The notes under the pieces: model-generated | Seen by the model: only the letters and a program-made list of their open reading frames with translations | The model's database searches: none | What the model was told of the DNA's origin: nothing | Shown: positions 1 through 11,164 of the stretch, in pieces | How positions within the stretch are numbered: position 1 is the first letter of the stretch | Layout of the letters: each line of letters opens with the position of its first letter | Position numbers and translations under genes: made by a program | Assembly: GCA_963828255.1 (NCBI GenBank) | Contig: CAWHDZ010000040.1 | Location: 224,001 to 288,000, forward strand | Direction: 5' to 3' | Length of the DNA: 64,000 bases | DNA from: an uncultured delta proteobacterium | GTDB taxonomy: Bacteria > Myxococcota > Myxococcia > Myxococcales > Anaeromyxobacteraceae

Positions 1-86
1 GTGAAATCAGGGACCGGCCGGAATCCGGCGGGCCAGGCCGAACGCCCCTCTTGGGGCATAGTGGGTCGACGGCTTCGGAGGAACCG

Positions 87-551
87 ATGGGGCAGGGCGA
101 CCTTCCGGCCGGTATGCACTGCTCCATGCCAAACAAGACCTTCTGGAAGGGCGTGTGGCGATTGATCGAGCAGCCCAGCGAGCTCGACGCGAAGGGGCGG
201 CTCGGCGCACCCTGTCCGCCCTTCGTGGAGGGCGAGGACGTGAGGTGGGTCGCAGAAGGGGCCTACGGGGCATCGGGGAACTTCGTCCCGGCGATGCAGG
301 TGGCGGCGGCGATTCCGGCGCTTCCCCGGATCGGCGACCGAACCTACCGGTTGATCACCACCGCCGACCCCTGGTTCGGGGGAAAATTCGGGGTGGAGAA
401 GCTGGAGGAGCGGCTGGACGAGCTGGGGCGGGAGGGCTGGCGGGCCGTGGGCATCGCGGGGACGCGCAACGATCCAGCGGTGTTGATGGAGCGGGCCGTG
501 GACGAGGTCGGTCTCGCGGAAGCGCGGCGGCGGCGAGAGCCCACGCCCTAA
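87..551 (+). CDS. Hypothetical protein with C-terminal DUF4177-like domain
   Basis: GGAGGA Shine-Dalgarno at 77-82 before ATG 87. C-terminus YRLIT...GGKFGVEKLEERLDELGREGWRAV resembles the DUF4177 pattern (LNxLGxEGWELV). Confidence 0.6.
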   Translation: MGQGDLPAGMHCSMPNKTFWKGVWRLIEQPSELDAKGRLGAPCPPFVEGEDVRWVAEGAYGASGNFVPAMQVAAAIPALPRIGDRTYRLITTADPWFGGKFGVEKLEERLDELGREGWRAVGIAGTRNDPAVLMERAVDEVGLAEARRRREPTP

Positions 552-766
552 CGCTGCCACCACCAGGTGGGCTGCTCGGGCTCGGCCCGGGGGCGGGTGA
601 GCTGGCTTCGGGGAACGGCGGAGCCGGGGGAAGGGCGCCGGGACATCTCGGCGCGCAACCTCTTGAGCCGCTCCGCCAGCCTGGCCCGGGCCTCCACTTC
701 GCGCTCCTTCAGGTCCTTCATGTGCGTTGCCTCCGACCAGGAGAGAGGAGCACGAGGGTCTGACAT
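548..766 (-). CDS. Small hypothetical protein (72 aa, charged coiled-coil, C-terminal WWWQR)
   Basis: ORF from ATG 766 (MSDPRAPLSWSEATHMKDLKERE...), stop overlapping the convergent gene; protein-like composition. Confidence 0.5.
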   Translation of the reverse strand: MSDPRAPLSWSEATHMKDLKEREVEARARLAERLKRLRAEMSRRPSPGSAVPRSQLTRPRAEPEQPTWWWQR

Positions 767-819
767 TCCGTTCAGGTATCCTTGAGGCGCGCCCGCCCGC
801 ATCCGCGTAGGATGGCGGC

Positions 820-1467
820 GTGTCCCGGCTCCCGCTCGCCCTCGCCGCCGTCTCCGCGATCCTCGCCGGGCTGGCCCCGTCACTGGCCCTCGCCGCCGAC
901 GGGATGAGCTGCCCGGGCGGCGTCATCTCGGTCGGCGACTCGCGCCTCGACCTCCTCGGGAAGTGCGGAGCTCCGACCCTGGTCGAGTCCAGGCCCGCCC
1001 AGGTCGCCGAGTGGGTGGGGGATCGGGTGCAGGGAGCCTCACGGACCGTCACCATCACGGTGGAGACCTGGACCTACGACCTGGGCTCCTCGCGCCTGCT
1101 CCAGTACGTGAGGCTCGAGGCCGGCAAGGTGGTGAACGTGCGGACCGGCGGGTACGGCCACGCCGCCGGCGGCCGGCGCAGCGGCGGCGACATCCCGCGG
1201 GCCCCCTGCCAGCCCACCTCCATCCGGGCCGGCGACTCCACCTACGAGCTGCTCTCCCTCTGCGGCGAGCCGGTCTTCCGCGACGTGCGCGAGGAGCAGA
1301 TCGCGGTGGCCGAGGGGGACGGGCAGTGGGTGGCCGGGGCCGCGACGGTGGTGCTGAAGGAGACCTGGACCTACGACTTCGGTCCCCGCGCGCTGGTGCG
1401 CTTCGTCCACGTCCGCGACGGCCGGGTCACCGGGGTCCGGACCGGAGGCTACGGTTACTCGGAGTGA
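820..1467 (+). CDS. Secreted protein with two tandem DUF2845-like domains
   Basis: N-terminal signal peptide; internal repeat C..GDS..LL..CG.P...ETWTYD(L/F)G......V..VRTGGYG occurs twice. Confidence 0.75.
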   Translation: MSRLPLALAAVSAILAGLAPSLALAADGMSCPGGVISVGDSRLDLLGKCGAPTLVESRPAQVAEWVGDRVQGASRTVTITVETWTYDLGSSRLLQYVRLEAGKVVNVRTGGYGHAAGGRRSGGDIPRAPCQPTSIRAGDSTYELLSLCGEPVFRDVREEQIAVAEGDGQWVAGAATVVLKETWTYDFGPRALVRFVHVRDGRVTGVRTGGYGYSE

Positions 1468-1518
1468 ACCGCCGGGCGAGGTTGCGACCCCCATCCCCGC
1501 GTGCTACGAACCCACGCC

Positions 1519-3471
1519 ATGTCCGAAATCGTGAAGGTGACGCTCCCCGACGGGACGCAGAAGGAAACCGCCCGCGGAACCCTGGTAAGCGACTTCGTGC
1601 GCGAGAAGATCGGCCAGGGGCTGGCCAAGGCCGCCTACGTGGCCCGGCTCGACGGCGACCCGGTGGACCTCTCCCGCCCGCTCGACCGGGACGTCCGGCT
1701 CGAGGTGGTGACCACCCGGAACCCGGAGGCGCTCGAGGTGGCGCGCCACGACGCCGCCCACGTCATGGCCAGCGTCGTCCAGAAGCTCTACCCGGGGACG
1801 CAGGTCACCATCGGCCCGTCCATCGAGGAGGGCTTCTACTACGACTTCGCCCGCGAGACCCCCTTCACCCCCGAGGACCTCGAGCGGATCGAGAAGGCCA
1901 CCAACGAGGCCATCGCCGCCGACCACCCCTTCCTCCGCGAGGAGGTGTCGATGGCCGACGCGCTGGCACTCTTCGAGAGGCTGGGGGAGGGGTACAAGGT
2001 CGAGATCGTGAAGGACATCGCCGCCCGGGGGACGAAGACGCTCACCCTCTACCGGCACGGCGACTGGGTGGATTTCTGCCTCGGGCCCCACGGGCCGTCC
2101 ACGTCCCGCATCGGGGTGGTGAAGCTCCTCTCGGTGGCAGGGGCCTACTGGCGCGGCGATCCGAAGAACCCCATGCTGCAGCGCATCTACGGGACCAGCT
2201 TCTTCAGCAAGAAGGATCTGGACGAGTGGACCACGCGGATGGAGGAAGCGCGCAAGCGCGACCACCGCAAGCTCGGCCCGGCGCTGGGGCTCTTCATGTT
2301 CCACCCCTACGCGCCCGGGGCCGCGTTCTGGCTGCAGAACGGCACCACCCTCTACCACCTGCTCGGCGACGCCATGCGGCGGCTCACCCGGAAGAACGGC
2401 TACGTCGAGGTGAAGACGCCGCTGCTCTTCAACAAGAAGCTCTGGGAGACCTCGGGCCACTGGGGCAAGTACCGCGAGAACATGTTCCTCGTGGTGGACA
2501 GCGAGACCGACGAGAAGCTGGCGCTCGAGGACCGCTGCACCCAGTCGCTCAAGCCCATGAACTGCCCGTCGCACCACCTGATCTACGCCATGCAGAAGCG
2601 CAGCTACCGGGAGTTGCCCATCCGCTACCACACCCAGGACGTTCTCCACCGCAACGAGGCCTCGGGCACGCTCTCCGGCCTCACCCGGGTCCGGCAGTTC
2701 CAGCAGGACGACGCCCACATCTACCTGGCGGAGTCGCAGATCGTCGACGAGGTCCGCGCCCTGGTCCGGCAGATCGACGTGGTCTACAAGGCCATGGGGC
2801 TCTCCTACACCGCCAAGTTCTCCACGCGACCCGCGGTGAAGCTGGGCGACGACGCCACCTGGGACCGGGCCGAGGCGGCCCTCCGGGGCGCGCTCGAGGC
2901 GGTCGGCCTTCCCTTCGAGGTGAAGCCGGGGGAGGGGGCCTTCTACGGCCCCAAGATCGACTTCGACGTGACCGACTCCATCGGCCGCAAGTGGCAGCTC
3001 GCCACCATCCAGCTCGACTACCTGGCCCCCGATCGCTTCGACCTCGCCTACGTGGGGGACGACAACGCCGAGCACCGGCCGGTGGTGATCCACCGGGCCA
3101 TCTACGGCTCCTTCGAGCGTTTCCTCGCCATCCTCATCGAGCACTTCGCCGGCGCGTTCCCCGCCTGGCTCGCGCCGGTGCAGGCCCGGGTGGTGACCGT
3201 GTCCGACCGCTTCAACGACTGGGCCGCCGAGGTGGCGGCGCGGCTCGAGGCCGAGGGGTTCCGCGTCGAGCTCGACCGGACCAGCGAGAAGCTCGGCGCC
3301 AAGATCCGCGACGCACAGCTGCAGAAGATCCCCTTCACCGTCGTGGTCGGCGAGAAGGAGGTCGAGTCGAAGGGGGTCTCCCCGCGCCGCCGGGGCGGCG
3401 AGGATCTCAAGACCATGCCCATCGAGGCCTTCGTGGAGCTGCTCCGCAAGGAAGGGGCCGCGCCCTATTGA
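1519..3471 (+). CDS. thrS: Threonine--tRNA ligase
   Basis: TGS domain, [29 protein letters not shown] and [12 protein letters not shown] motifs. Confidence 0.98.
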   Translation: MSEIVKVTLPDGTQKETARGTLVSDFVREKIGQGLAKAAYVARLDGDPVDLSRPLDRDVRLEVVTTRNPEALEVARHDAAHVMASVVQKLYPGTQVTIGPSIEEGFYYDFARETPFTPEDLERIEKATNEAIAADHPFLREEVSMADALALFERLGEGYKVEIVKDIAARGTKTLTLYRHGDWVDFCLGPHGPSTSRIGVVKLLSVAGAYWRGDPKNPMLQRIYGTSFFSKKDLDEWTTRMEEARKRDHRKLGPALGLFMFHPYAPGAAFWLQNGTTLYHLLGDAMRRLTRKNGYVEVKTPLLFNKKLWETSGHWGKYRENMFLVVDSETDEKLALEDRCTQSLKPMNCPSHHLIYAMQKRSYRELPIRYHTQDVLHRNEASGTLSGLTRVRQFQQDDAHIYLAESQIVDEVRALVRQIDVVYKAMGLSYTAKFSTRPAVKLGDDATWDRAEAALRGALEAVGLPFEVKPGEGAFYGPKIDFDVTDSIGRKWQLATIQLDYLAPDRFDLAYVGDDNAEHRPVVIHRAIYGSFERFLAILIEHFAGAFPAWLAPVQARVVTVSDRFNDWAAEVAARLEAEGFRVELDRTSEKLGAKIRDAQLQKIPFTVVVGEKEVESKGVSPRRRGGEDLKTMPIEAFVELLRKEGAAPY

Positions 3472-3497
3472 CGGGACCGCGCCGGGGGGCGGGGTCG

Positions 3498-3526
3498 TTG
3501 ACACGGTGGTGCCGGATCCGTATTCT
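3498..3526 (+). promoter_or_regulatory. sigma70-type promoter for the leuA-ilv operon
   Basis: TTGACA (3498-3503), 17-nt spacer, TATTCT (3521-3526). Confidence 0.75.
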
Positions 3527-3535
3527 CTCGGTCCC

Positions 3536-3601
3536 TTGTCTTTCGTACGCAGAGCGCATCGACTTCTTCGCCCGGCGGGAGAGGACTCCCGGCGAGGCTG
3601 A
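3536..3601 (+). promoter_or_regulatory. Candidate leucine leader peptide (21 aa, tandem CTT CTT Leu codons)
   Basis: TTG-initiated ORF (M)SFVRRAHRLLRPAGEDSRRG* begins 9 nt after the -10 box and overlaps hairpins in the leuA leader. Confidence 0.45.
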
Positions 3602-3651
3602 ACCCTCTGCCGCGACCTCTTCCGCCTGAACGGCCGGAGGGGTCGATCTCG

Positions 3652-5301
3652 ATGGCGAGAATCGCTCCTGCGGCCCCGAACCGGAGCCCGAGAACCGCCA
3701 TGTCGAGTGACAACAAGACGCCCGCCTCCGCCGTCCGTTCCCCCGATCGCGTGATCGTGTTCGACACGACCCTCCGCGACGGCGAGCAGAGCCCCGGTTT
3801 CTCCATGAACCTCGGGCAGAAGCTCCGGGTGGCGCGCGCCCTCCAGGAACTGGGCGTGGACGTCATCGAGGCCGGCTTCGCCGCCGCCTCCCCGGGCGAC
3901 CTGGAGGCCATCCAGGGCGTCTCGCGCCAGATCGAGGGACCCATCATCTGCAGCCTCTCCCGCTGCACCCGCGGCGACATCGAGGCGTCCTGGAAGGCGC
4001 TGCGGGACGCGCCCCGCAGGCGCTGCCACGTCTTCCTGGCCACCAGCCCCATCCACCGCGACTTCAAGCTCAAGATGGCCAAGGAGGAGATCATCCGCCG
4101 CGCCGTCGAGGGCGTGAAGATGGCCCGCGAGAAGTTCGAGGACGTGGAGTTCTCCACCGAGGACGCCGCCCGCACCGAGCTCGAGTTCCTGGCCCAGGTG
4201 GTCGAGGCGGCCATCGAGGCCGGCGCCACCACCCTCAACATCCCCGACACCGTCGGCTATGCGCTCCCCTCCACCTACGCCGAGACCCTCTCGTACCTGG
4301 TCAAGCACGTGCGGGGCATCGACCGGGTGGTGATCTCGGTCCACTGCCACAACGACCTCGGGCTGGCGGTGGCCAACAGCCTGGCCGGCGTGCAGGTGGG
4401 CGCGCGCCAGGTCGAGTGCACCCTGAACGGCATCGGCGAGCGGGCCGGCAACGCCTCCCTGGAGGAGGTGGTCATGGCCATCAAGACCCGCCACGACGTC
4501 CTCGGGGTCACCACCGGCATCCGCACCGAGAAGCTCTACCCGGCCAGCAAGATGGTGCAGCAGGTCACCGGCAACTCCGTGCAGCGCAACAAGGCCATCG
4601 TCGGGCAGAACGCCTTCGCCCACGAGGCCGGCATCCACCAGCACGGCATGCTCACCCACCGGGAGACCTACGAGATCATGCGCCCGGAGGAGGTCGGCTT
4701 CACCAAGTCGCAGCTGGTGCTGGGCAAGCACTCCGGACGCCACGCCCTCCAGTCGCGCCTCACCGAGCTGGGCTACCGCCTCACCGACGAGCAGCTCGAC
4801 CGCGTCTTCGTGGACTTCAAGCTGCTGGCCGACAAGAAGAAGGAGATCTACGACGCCGACCTGGAGGCGCTTGTGATCCACGGACAGCTCCTCAAGGGGC
4901 AGGCCATGTGGGAGCTCGTGGCGCTCTCCACCACCTCCGGGACGGGCACGCTTCCCGCGGCCTCCATCTCCCTCGTCAAGTCGGGCGGGGAGCGCTTCCA
5001 GGACGCGGCGGCCGGCGACGGCCCGGTGGACGCGGTCTTCAAGGCCATCGAGCGGATCACCGGCATCGAGGCCAAGCTGCGCGACTACCGCATCCAGTCG
5101 GTCACGGTGGGTGAAGACGCGCAGGGCGAGGTGAGCCTGGAGGTGGAGCACGAGACCGGCGTCTATCGCGGCCGCGCGCTCTCCACCGACGTCATCGAGG
5201 GGAGCGCCCGCGCCTTCCTCGACGTGGTGAACCGGATCGCGCTGCGCATCAAGCCCGAGGAGCAGGAGCAAGAGGCGAAGAGCGCGCTCGGGACCGTCTA
5301 G
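3652..5301 (+). CDS. leuA: 2-isopropylmalate synthase (alternative start ATG 3700)
   Basis: [33 protein letters not shown] motifs and C-terminal allosteric domain. Confidence 0.96.
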   Translation: MARIAPAAPNRSPRTAMSSDNKTPASAVRSPDRVIVFDTTLRDGEQSPGFSMNLGQKLRVARALQELGVDVIEAGFAAASPGDLEAIQGVSRQIEGPIICSLSRCTRGDIEASWKALRDAPRRRCHVFLATSPIHRDFKLKMAKEEIIRRAVEGVKMAREKFEDVEFSTEDAARTELEFLAQVVEAAIEAGATTLNIPDTVGYALPSTYAETLSYLVKHVRGIDRVVISVHCHNDLGLAVANSLAGVQVGARQVECTLNGIGERAGNASLEEVVMAIKTRHDVLGVTTGIRTEKLYPASKMVQQVTGNSVQRNKAIVGQNAFAHEAGIHQHGMLTHRETYEIMRPEEVGFTKSQLVLGKHSGRHALQSRLTELGYRLTDEQLDRVFVDFKLLADKKKEIYDADLEALVIHGQLLKGQAMWELVALSTTSGTGTLPAASISLVKSGGERFQDAAAGDGPVDAVFKAIERITGIEAKLRDYRIQSVTVGEDAQGEVSLEVEHETGVYRGRALSTDVIEGSARAFLDVVNRIALRIKPEEQEQEAKSALGTV

Positions 5302-5341
5302 GGACGCAGGCGAAGGACTGACCGGAACGGCGAGAGGGATC

Positions 5342-7048
5342 ATGGCAAGGGAAAAGATGACGGGAGCGAAGGCGGTGGTCCGGGCCCTGGAGGCCGAGGG
5401 CGTCGACTGGATCTTCGGCGTGCCGGGCGGGGCCATCCTGCCCATCTACGACGCGCTCTTCGACTCGAAGCAGCTGAAGCACGTGCTGGTGCGCCACGAG
5501 CAGACCGGCGCCCACGCCGCCGAGGGCTACGCCCACGCCACCGGAAAGGTGGGCGTGTGCTTCGGGACCTCGGGACCGGGGGCCACCAACCTGGTCACCG
5601 GGATCGCCGACGCCTACCTGGACTCGGTTCCCATGGTGGCCATCACCGGGAACGTGTCGTCCGCCCTCATCGGGAGCGACGCCTTCCAGGAGGCGGACAT
5701 CACCGGCATCACCATGCCCATCACCAAGCACAACTGGCTGGTGACCGACGTGAAGGACCTCCCGCGCATCCTCAAGGAGGCCTTCTACATCGCCCGCACC
5801 GGGCGGCCCGGCCCGGTGCTGGTGGACATCCCCAAGGACGTCCAGAACGCCGAGCTCGAGTTCGAGTACCCGGAGACCGTCAACATCCCCGGCTACCACC
5901 CGCCGGTCCGGGAGGAGCCGCGCCTCAAGGACGCCGCCGCGCTCATCCGCGCCGCCAGCCGCCCCATCATCTACCTGGGCGGCGGCGTGCGGACGGCCAG
6001 CGCCTACGACGAGGTGGCGCAGTTCGCCGAGCTGGTCGGGGCGCCGGTGGTGACCACCGTGCACGGCAAGGGCGCTCTCCCCGAGACCCACCCCCAGTGC
6101 CTGGGCATGTTCGGCATGCACGGGGCCAGGTTCGCCAACTACGCGGTGCAGGACTCCGACCTGATCATCGCGCTGGGCGCCCGCTTCGACGACCGGGTCA
6201 CCGGCAAGCTCTCGACCTTCGCCCCCGAGGCGAAGATCGTCCACCTCGACGTGGACCCCGCCGAGATCTCCAAGCTGGTGACCGCCACGGTCCCGCTGGT
6301 GGGGGATCTCAAGCTGCTCCTCCCGAAGCTCACCGCCGAGGTCCGCAAGGCCTTCGCCGCCTCGGGGCGGGCCAATCTCGAGCCATGGTTGAAGAAGGTG
6401 GCCGACTGGCGGGAGAAGCACCCGCTCCACTTCGCCGCCCAGGGGGACGAGTTCATCGAGCCCCAGCACGTGATCCGGCGCATCTGGGAGAAGACCCAGG
6501 GCAAGGCGCTCGTCACCACCGGCGTGGGCAAGCACCAGATGTTCGCGGCCCAGTACTGGACGACCACCCAGCCCCGCCAGTTCATCACCTCCGGCGGCCT
6601 CGGCACCATGGGCTTCTGCCTGCCCGCCGCCATCGGCGTGCAGCTCGGCAAGCCCGACGCCCTCGTCATCGGGATCGACGGCGACGGGTCGTTCCAGATG
6701 ACGCTCCAGGACCTGGCCACCGCCGTCGATCTGAAACTGAACATCAAGATCTTCATCCTCAACAACCTGTTCCTGGGCATGGTCCACCAGTGGCAGGACC
6801 TCTTCTACGAGAAGCGGCTCGCCGAGACCCCGCTCAGCGACCTCCCCGACCTGGTGAAGCTCGCCGACGCCTACAGCTGCCTGGGGCTCCGGGCCCGCAA
6901 GCCCTCCGAGCTGGAGGACGTCCTCGACCGGGCGCTGGCCCACAAGGGCGGCCCGGTCATCGTGGACATCCGCACCCGGCCCGACGCGCACGTGTATCCC
7001 ATGGTGCCCGCCGGCGCGCCCCTCAACGACATGATCGACGGCGAATAG
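5342..7048 (+). CDS. ilvB: Acetolactate synthase large subunit
   Basis: FGVPGGAIL, RHEQ, TSGPGATN, SGGLGTMG and GDGSFQM ThDP motifs. Confidence 0.96.
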   Translation: MAREKMTGAKAVVRALEAEGVDWIFGVPGGAILPIYDALFDSKQLKHVLVRHEQTGAHAAEGYAHATGKVGVCFGTSGPGATNLVTGIADAYLDSVPMVAITGNVSSALIGSDAFQEADITGITMPITKHNWLVTDVKDLPRILKEAFYIARTGRPGPVLVDIPKDVQNAELEFEYPETVNIPGYHPPVREEPRLKDAAALIRAASRPIIYLGGGVRTASAYDEVAQFAELVGAPVVTTVHGKGALPETHPQCLGMFGMHGARFANYAVQDSDLIIALGARFDDRVTGKLSTFAPEAKIVHLDVDPAEISKLVTATVPLVGDLKLLLPKLTAEVRKAFAASGRANLEPWLKKVADWREKHPLHFAAQGDEFIEPQHVIRRIWEKTQGKALVTTGVGKHQMFAAQYWTTTQPRQFITSGGLGTMGFCLPAAIGVQLGKPDALVIGIDGDGSFQMTLQDLATAVDLKLNIKIFILNNLFLGMVHQWQDLFYEKRLAETPLSDLPDLVKLADAYSCLGLRARKPSELEDVLDRALAHKGGPVIVDIRTRPDAHVYPMVPAGAPLNDMIDGE

Positions 7049-7057
7049 AGGAACGAC

Positions 7058-7591
7058 ATGGAACGTGACGAAAAGGTTCCCACCGGCAGCAGCCACACCG
7101 TCAGCCTGCTCGTGGAGAACAAGCCGGGCGTGCTGCACCGCATCGCCGGCCTCTTCTCCCGGCGCGGCTACAACATCGCCAGCCTCACCGTGGGTCCCAC
7201 CGAGCGCCCCGAGTACTCGCGCATGACCATCGTGGTCCTCCTCTCCTCGAAGACCGTGGAGCAGGTGGTCCGCCAGGTGCAGAAGCTGGTGCCGGTGGTC
7301 GAGGTGCGCGAGCTCTCCCCGGTGGACCTCATCGAGCGGGAGCTCCTGCTCGTGAAGATCCGCACCCCGGAGAAGAACCACGCCGAGCTGCGCGCGCTGG
7401 CCGAGACCTACGAGGCCAAGATCGTGGACGTCTCCCCGGACGCGCTGATCATCGAGGCCAGCGGAAACGCCGGCAAGCTCGACGCGCTCGAGGACCGGCT
7501 GGCGCCCTACGGCATCCAGGAGATCTGCCGCTCCGGGCGCATCGCCCTCGAGCGCGGCTTCAAGACCCTCGCACCCCCCAACCTCAAGTGA
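7058..7591 (+). CDS. ilvN: Acetolactate synthase small regulatory subunit
   Basis: ACT domain VENKPGVL.RIAGLFSRRGYNI.SL; follows ilvB. Confidence 0.95.
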   Translation: MERDEKVPTGSSHTVSLLVENKPGVLHRIAGLFSRRGYNIASLTVGPTERPEYSRMTIVVLLSSKTVEQVVRQVQKLVPVVEVRELSPVDLIERELLLVKIRTPEKNHAELRALAETYEAKIVDVSPDALIIEASGNAGKLDALEDRLAPYGIQEICRSGRIALERGFKTLAPPNLK

Positions 7592-7599
7592 TCGGATAG

Positions 7600-8652
<1,053 letters not shown>

Positions 8653-8700
8653 CACGCCGCTTTTTCCCGGCCCCGATCTGGGGACGAACGGAGACCGCCC

Positions 8701-9402
8701 ATCAACGGAAAAGACCAGAGAGCGACGAGCCGCGACGCACGCACCAACCGCCGGATCAAGGCCCGGGAAGTGCGATGCATCGGGCCCGCCGGTGAGCAGC
8801 TCGGCATCCTGACGATCGAGCAGGCGCTGCGGATGGCCCAGGAGAACGGGTTCGACCTCGTCGAGGTCAGCCCGCTCGCCAAGCCACCCGTCTGCAAGAT
8901 CATGGACTACGGGAAGTTCAAGTACACGGAGAAGAAGAAGCAGAGCGAGGCCAAGAAGACCCAGGTGGTGGTGGTGGTGAAGGAGGTCAAGTTCCGGCCT
9001 CGCACCGAGGAGCACGACTTCGAGACGAAGATCCGGAAGATCCGGGAGTTTCTCGAGGAGTCGAACAAGGCCCGCGTCACCGTGATGTTCCGCGGCCGCG
9101 AGCTCTCCCACCGCGAGCTCGGCACCAAGGTCCTCGAACGCATCGTGAACGAGCTGAAGGAGGTGGCCGTCATCGAGGCCTCCGCCCGCATGGAAGGGCG
9201 CCAGATGTTCATGATCCTCGCGCCCAACCCGCGCATGATGCAGTCGCAGCGCGACAAGGCCAAGGCCGCCGCCGCCGCTGCAGCCATCGCTGCTCCGGCC
9301 GCCGCCGCACCGGCCGCCGCACCCGCCGCCGAGGCCACCGCCACGGCCACGGCCACGCCAGCCCCGGCCGCCGGCGAAAACGAAACCGGCGGCGCCGCCT
9401 AG
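8701..9402 (+). CDS. infC: Translation initiation factor IF-3, non-canonical ATC start, Ala-rich C-terminal tail
   Basis: IF3 motifs (N..I.A.EVR.IG, DLVEV, PPVCKIMDYGKFKY, FRGRE) extend upstream of the ORF-track GTG to an in-frame ATC at 8701, preceded by GGAGA. Confidence 0.93.
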   Translation: MNGKDQRATSRDARTNRRIKAREVRCIGPAGEQLGILTIEQALRMAQENGFDLVEVSPLAKPPVCKIMDYGKFKYTEKKKQSEAKKTQVVVVVKEVKFRPRTEEHDFETKIRKIREFLEESNKARVTVMFRGRELSHRELGTKVLERIVNELKEVAVIEASARMEGRQMFMILAPNPRMMQSQRDKAKAAAAAAAIAAPAAAAPAAAPAAEATATATATPAPAAGENETGGAA

Positions 9403-9428
9403 CGCCGCACCACAGGAGACGGAAGAAG

Positions 9429-9632
9429 ATGCCGAAGCTCAAGACCAAGAGCGCCGCCAAGAAGCGCTTCCAGGTGAAGAAGAGCGGCGCGGTGAAGTTC
9501 CGCCGCGCCGGAAGCCGCCACCTGGCGACGTTCGGGAAGACCCCCAAGCAGAAGCGTGGGCTTCGCGGGACCGACCACCTGTCGGACAGCGACGCCAAGA
9601 AGATCAAGGAGAACTTCCCGTACGCCCGGTAG
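9429..9632 (+). CDS. rpmI: 50S ribosomal protein L35
   Basis: MPKLKTKSAAKKRF; located between infC and rplT. Confidence 0.96.
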   Translation: MPKLKTKSAAKKRFQVKKSGAVKFRRAGSRHLATFGKTPKQKRGLRGTDHLSDSDAKKIKENFPYAR

Positions 9633-9722
9633 GGTGAACGGGAAGACAACGCCCAAGCGGGGATCCCGAAGTGCTCGGGAGGAAGTCCTCCCGGCCCCCC
9701 GCCGGCACAGAAGGAGAGAACC

Positions 9723-10067
9723 ATGCGCGTCAAGAGGGGTGTGAAGGCTCGCCGTCGTCGCAACCGCGTCCTCAAGCTCGCCAAGGGCTTCCGGGGACGC
9801 CGCAAGAACGCATACCGCCGCGCCAACCAGGCGGTCGAGAGGGCGCTGGCCTACAGCACCCGCGACCGCCGCCGCCGCCGCCGCGAGTTCCGCGCGCTGT
9901 GGATCGTGCGCATCAACGCCGCCGCGCGCCTGAACGGCACGACCTACTCGCGCCTGGCCGGGGCGATGCGCAAGGCCGGCGTGGTGCTCGACCGCAAGGT
10001 GCTGGCCGAGATCGCGCTCTCCCTGCCGTCCGACTTCGCGGCCGTGGTGCGCGCCTCCCAGGCCTAG
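9723..10067 (+). CDS. rplT: 50S ribosomal protein L20
   Basis: MRVKRGV...KLAKGFRG...[14 protein letters not shown]. Confidence 0.97.
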   Translation: MRVKRGVKARRRRNRVLKLAKGFRGRRKNAYRRANQAVERALAYSTRDRRRRRREFRALWIVRINAAARLNGTTYSRLAGAMRKAGVVLDRKVLAEIALSLPSDFAAVVRASQA

Positions 10068-10081
10068 AGCCCAAGGGCAAC

Positions 10082-11158
10082 GTGGACCTGGTCCGTGACC
10101 TGGAGGCCCTGGCGGAAGGGGCCCGGCAGTCCATCTCCTCGGCGCCCGACGACCGGGCGCTCGAGGAGTTGCGGGTCCGCTTCCTGGGCAAGAAGGGCGA
10201 GCTGTCGGCCGTGCTTCGCGGCATGGGCCAGCTCACGCCCGAGGAGCGTCCGCGCGTGGGCGAGGTCGCCAACCGGGTGCGCGACGAGGTCGAGTCGCTC
10301 CTGGTCCGGGCGCGGCAGCGCATCGCCGAGGACCGGCTCGAGCAGGAGCTGCAGGGCTCCCGCATCGACGTGACCCTGCCGGGGAGGCGGCTGCTCCCCC
10401 GCGGACACCGCCACCCGGTCACCCGGACCACCGAGGAGATCGTCGCCATCTTCGCCCGGCTCGGGTACGAGGTGGCGAGCGGCCCGGAGATCGAGCTCGA
10501 CTGGTACAACTTCGAGGCCCTGAACATCCCGGCCGACCACCCGGCCCGCGACATGCAGGACACCTTCTACGTGGACGAGGCGGCGCTGGGGCGCGTCGGC
10601 GGGGAAGGGGCGGTGCTGCTGCGCACCCACACCTCGCCCATCCAGATCCGCGCCATGAAGCGGGCCGGAGCACCGCCCGTGCGGGTGGTCGCTCCGGGCC
10701 GGGTCTACCGCAGCGACTACGACCAGACCCACACGCCCATGTTCCACCAGGTGGAGGGGATCTGCGTGGGGCCGGGAATCACCTTCGCCGACCTGAAGGG
10801 CACGCTGGCGGCCTTCGCCCGGGCCTTCTTCGGCGCCGGGACCCGCACCCGCGTCCGCCCCAGCTACTTCCCCTTCGTCGAGCCGGGCGCGGAGGTGGAC
10901 GTCTCCTGCACCATCTGCGCGGGAGCGGGCAACCGCGCCGGCGCGCGCTGCGGAACCTGCAAGGGCACCGGATGGCTCGAGGTGCTCGGCTCCGGCATGG
11001 TCCACCCCAAGGTCCTCGAGAACGTGGGGTTCGACCCCTCCGCCGTCACCGGTTTCGCCTTCGGCATGGGCGTGGAGCGCATGGCGATGCTCAAGTACGG
11101 CATCGCCGACCTCCGTCTCTTCTACGAGAACGACCTCCGCTTCCTCGAGCAGTTCTGA
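10082..11158 (+). CDS. pheS: Phenylalanine--tRNA ligase alpha subunit
   Basis: NFEALNIP.DHPARDMQDTFY, LRTHTSP, FPFVEP, GFAFGMGVER; GTG start at 10082. Confidence 0.97.
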   Translation: MDLVRDLEALAEGARQSISSAPDDRALEELRVRFLGKKGELSAVLRGMGQLTPEERPRVGEVANRVRDEVESLLVRARQRIAEDRLEQELQGSRIDVTLPGRRLLPRGHRHPVTRTTEEIVAIFARLGYEVASGPEIELDWYNFEALNIPADHPARDMQDTFYVDEAALGRVGGEGAVLLRTHTSPIQIRAMKRAGAPPVRVVAPGRVYRSDYDQTHTPMFHQVEGICVGPGITFADLKGTLAAFARAFFGAGTRTRVRPSYFPFVEPGAEVDVSCTICAGAGNRAGARCGTCKGTGWLEVLGSGMVHPKVLENVGFDPSAVTGFAFGMGVERMAMLKYGIADLRLFYENDLRFLEQF

Positions 11159-11164
11159 ACCGAC

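Noticed and set aside
1504..5445. Very long antisense ORFs (for example 1504-5445, 10064-13525, 20273-23893, 30437-34321, 50979-54470)
   Set aside because: They are shadow ORFs opposite well-recognised genes, expected from high GC3 and few stop codons, and carry no domain motifs.
9671..10081. Long N-terminal extensions in the ORF track (pheS, sod, mtgA, rplE, rplW, rpmC, rplF, trmD)
   Set aside because: They overlap neighbouring real genes in other frames; downstream starts with RBS or stop/start overlaps fit the conserved N-termini.
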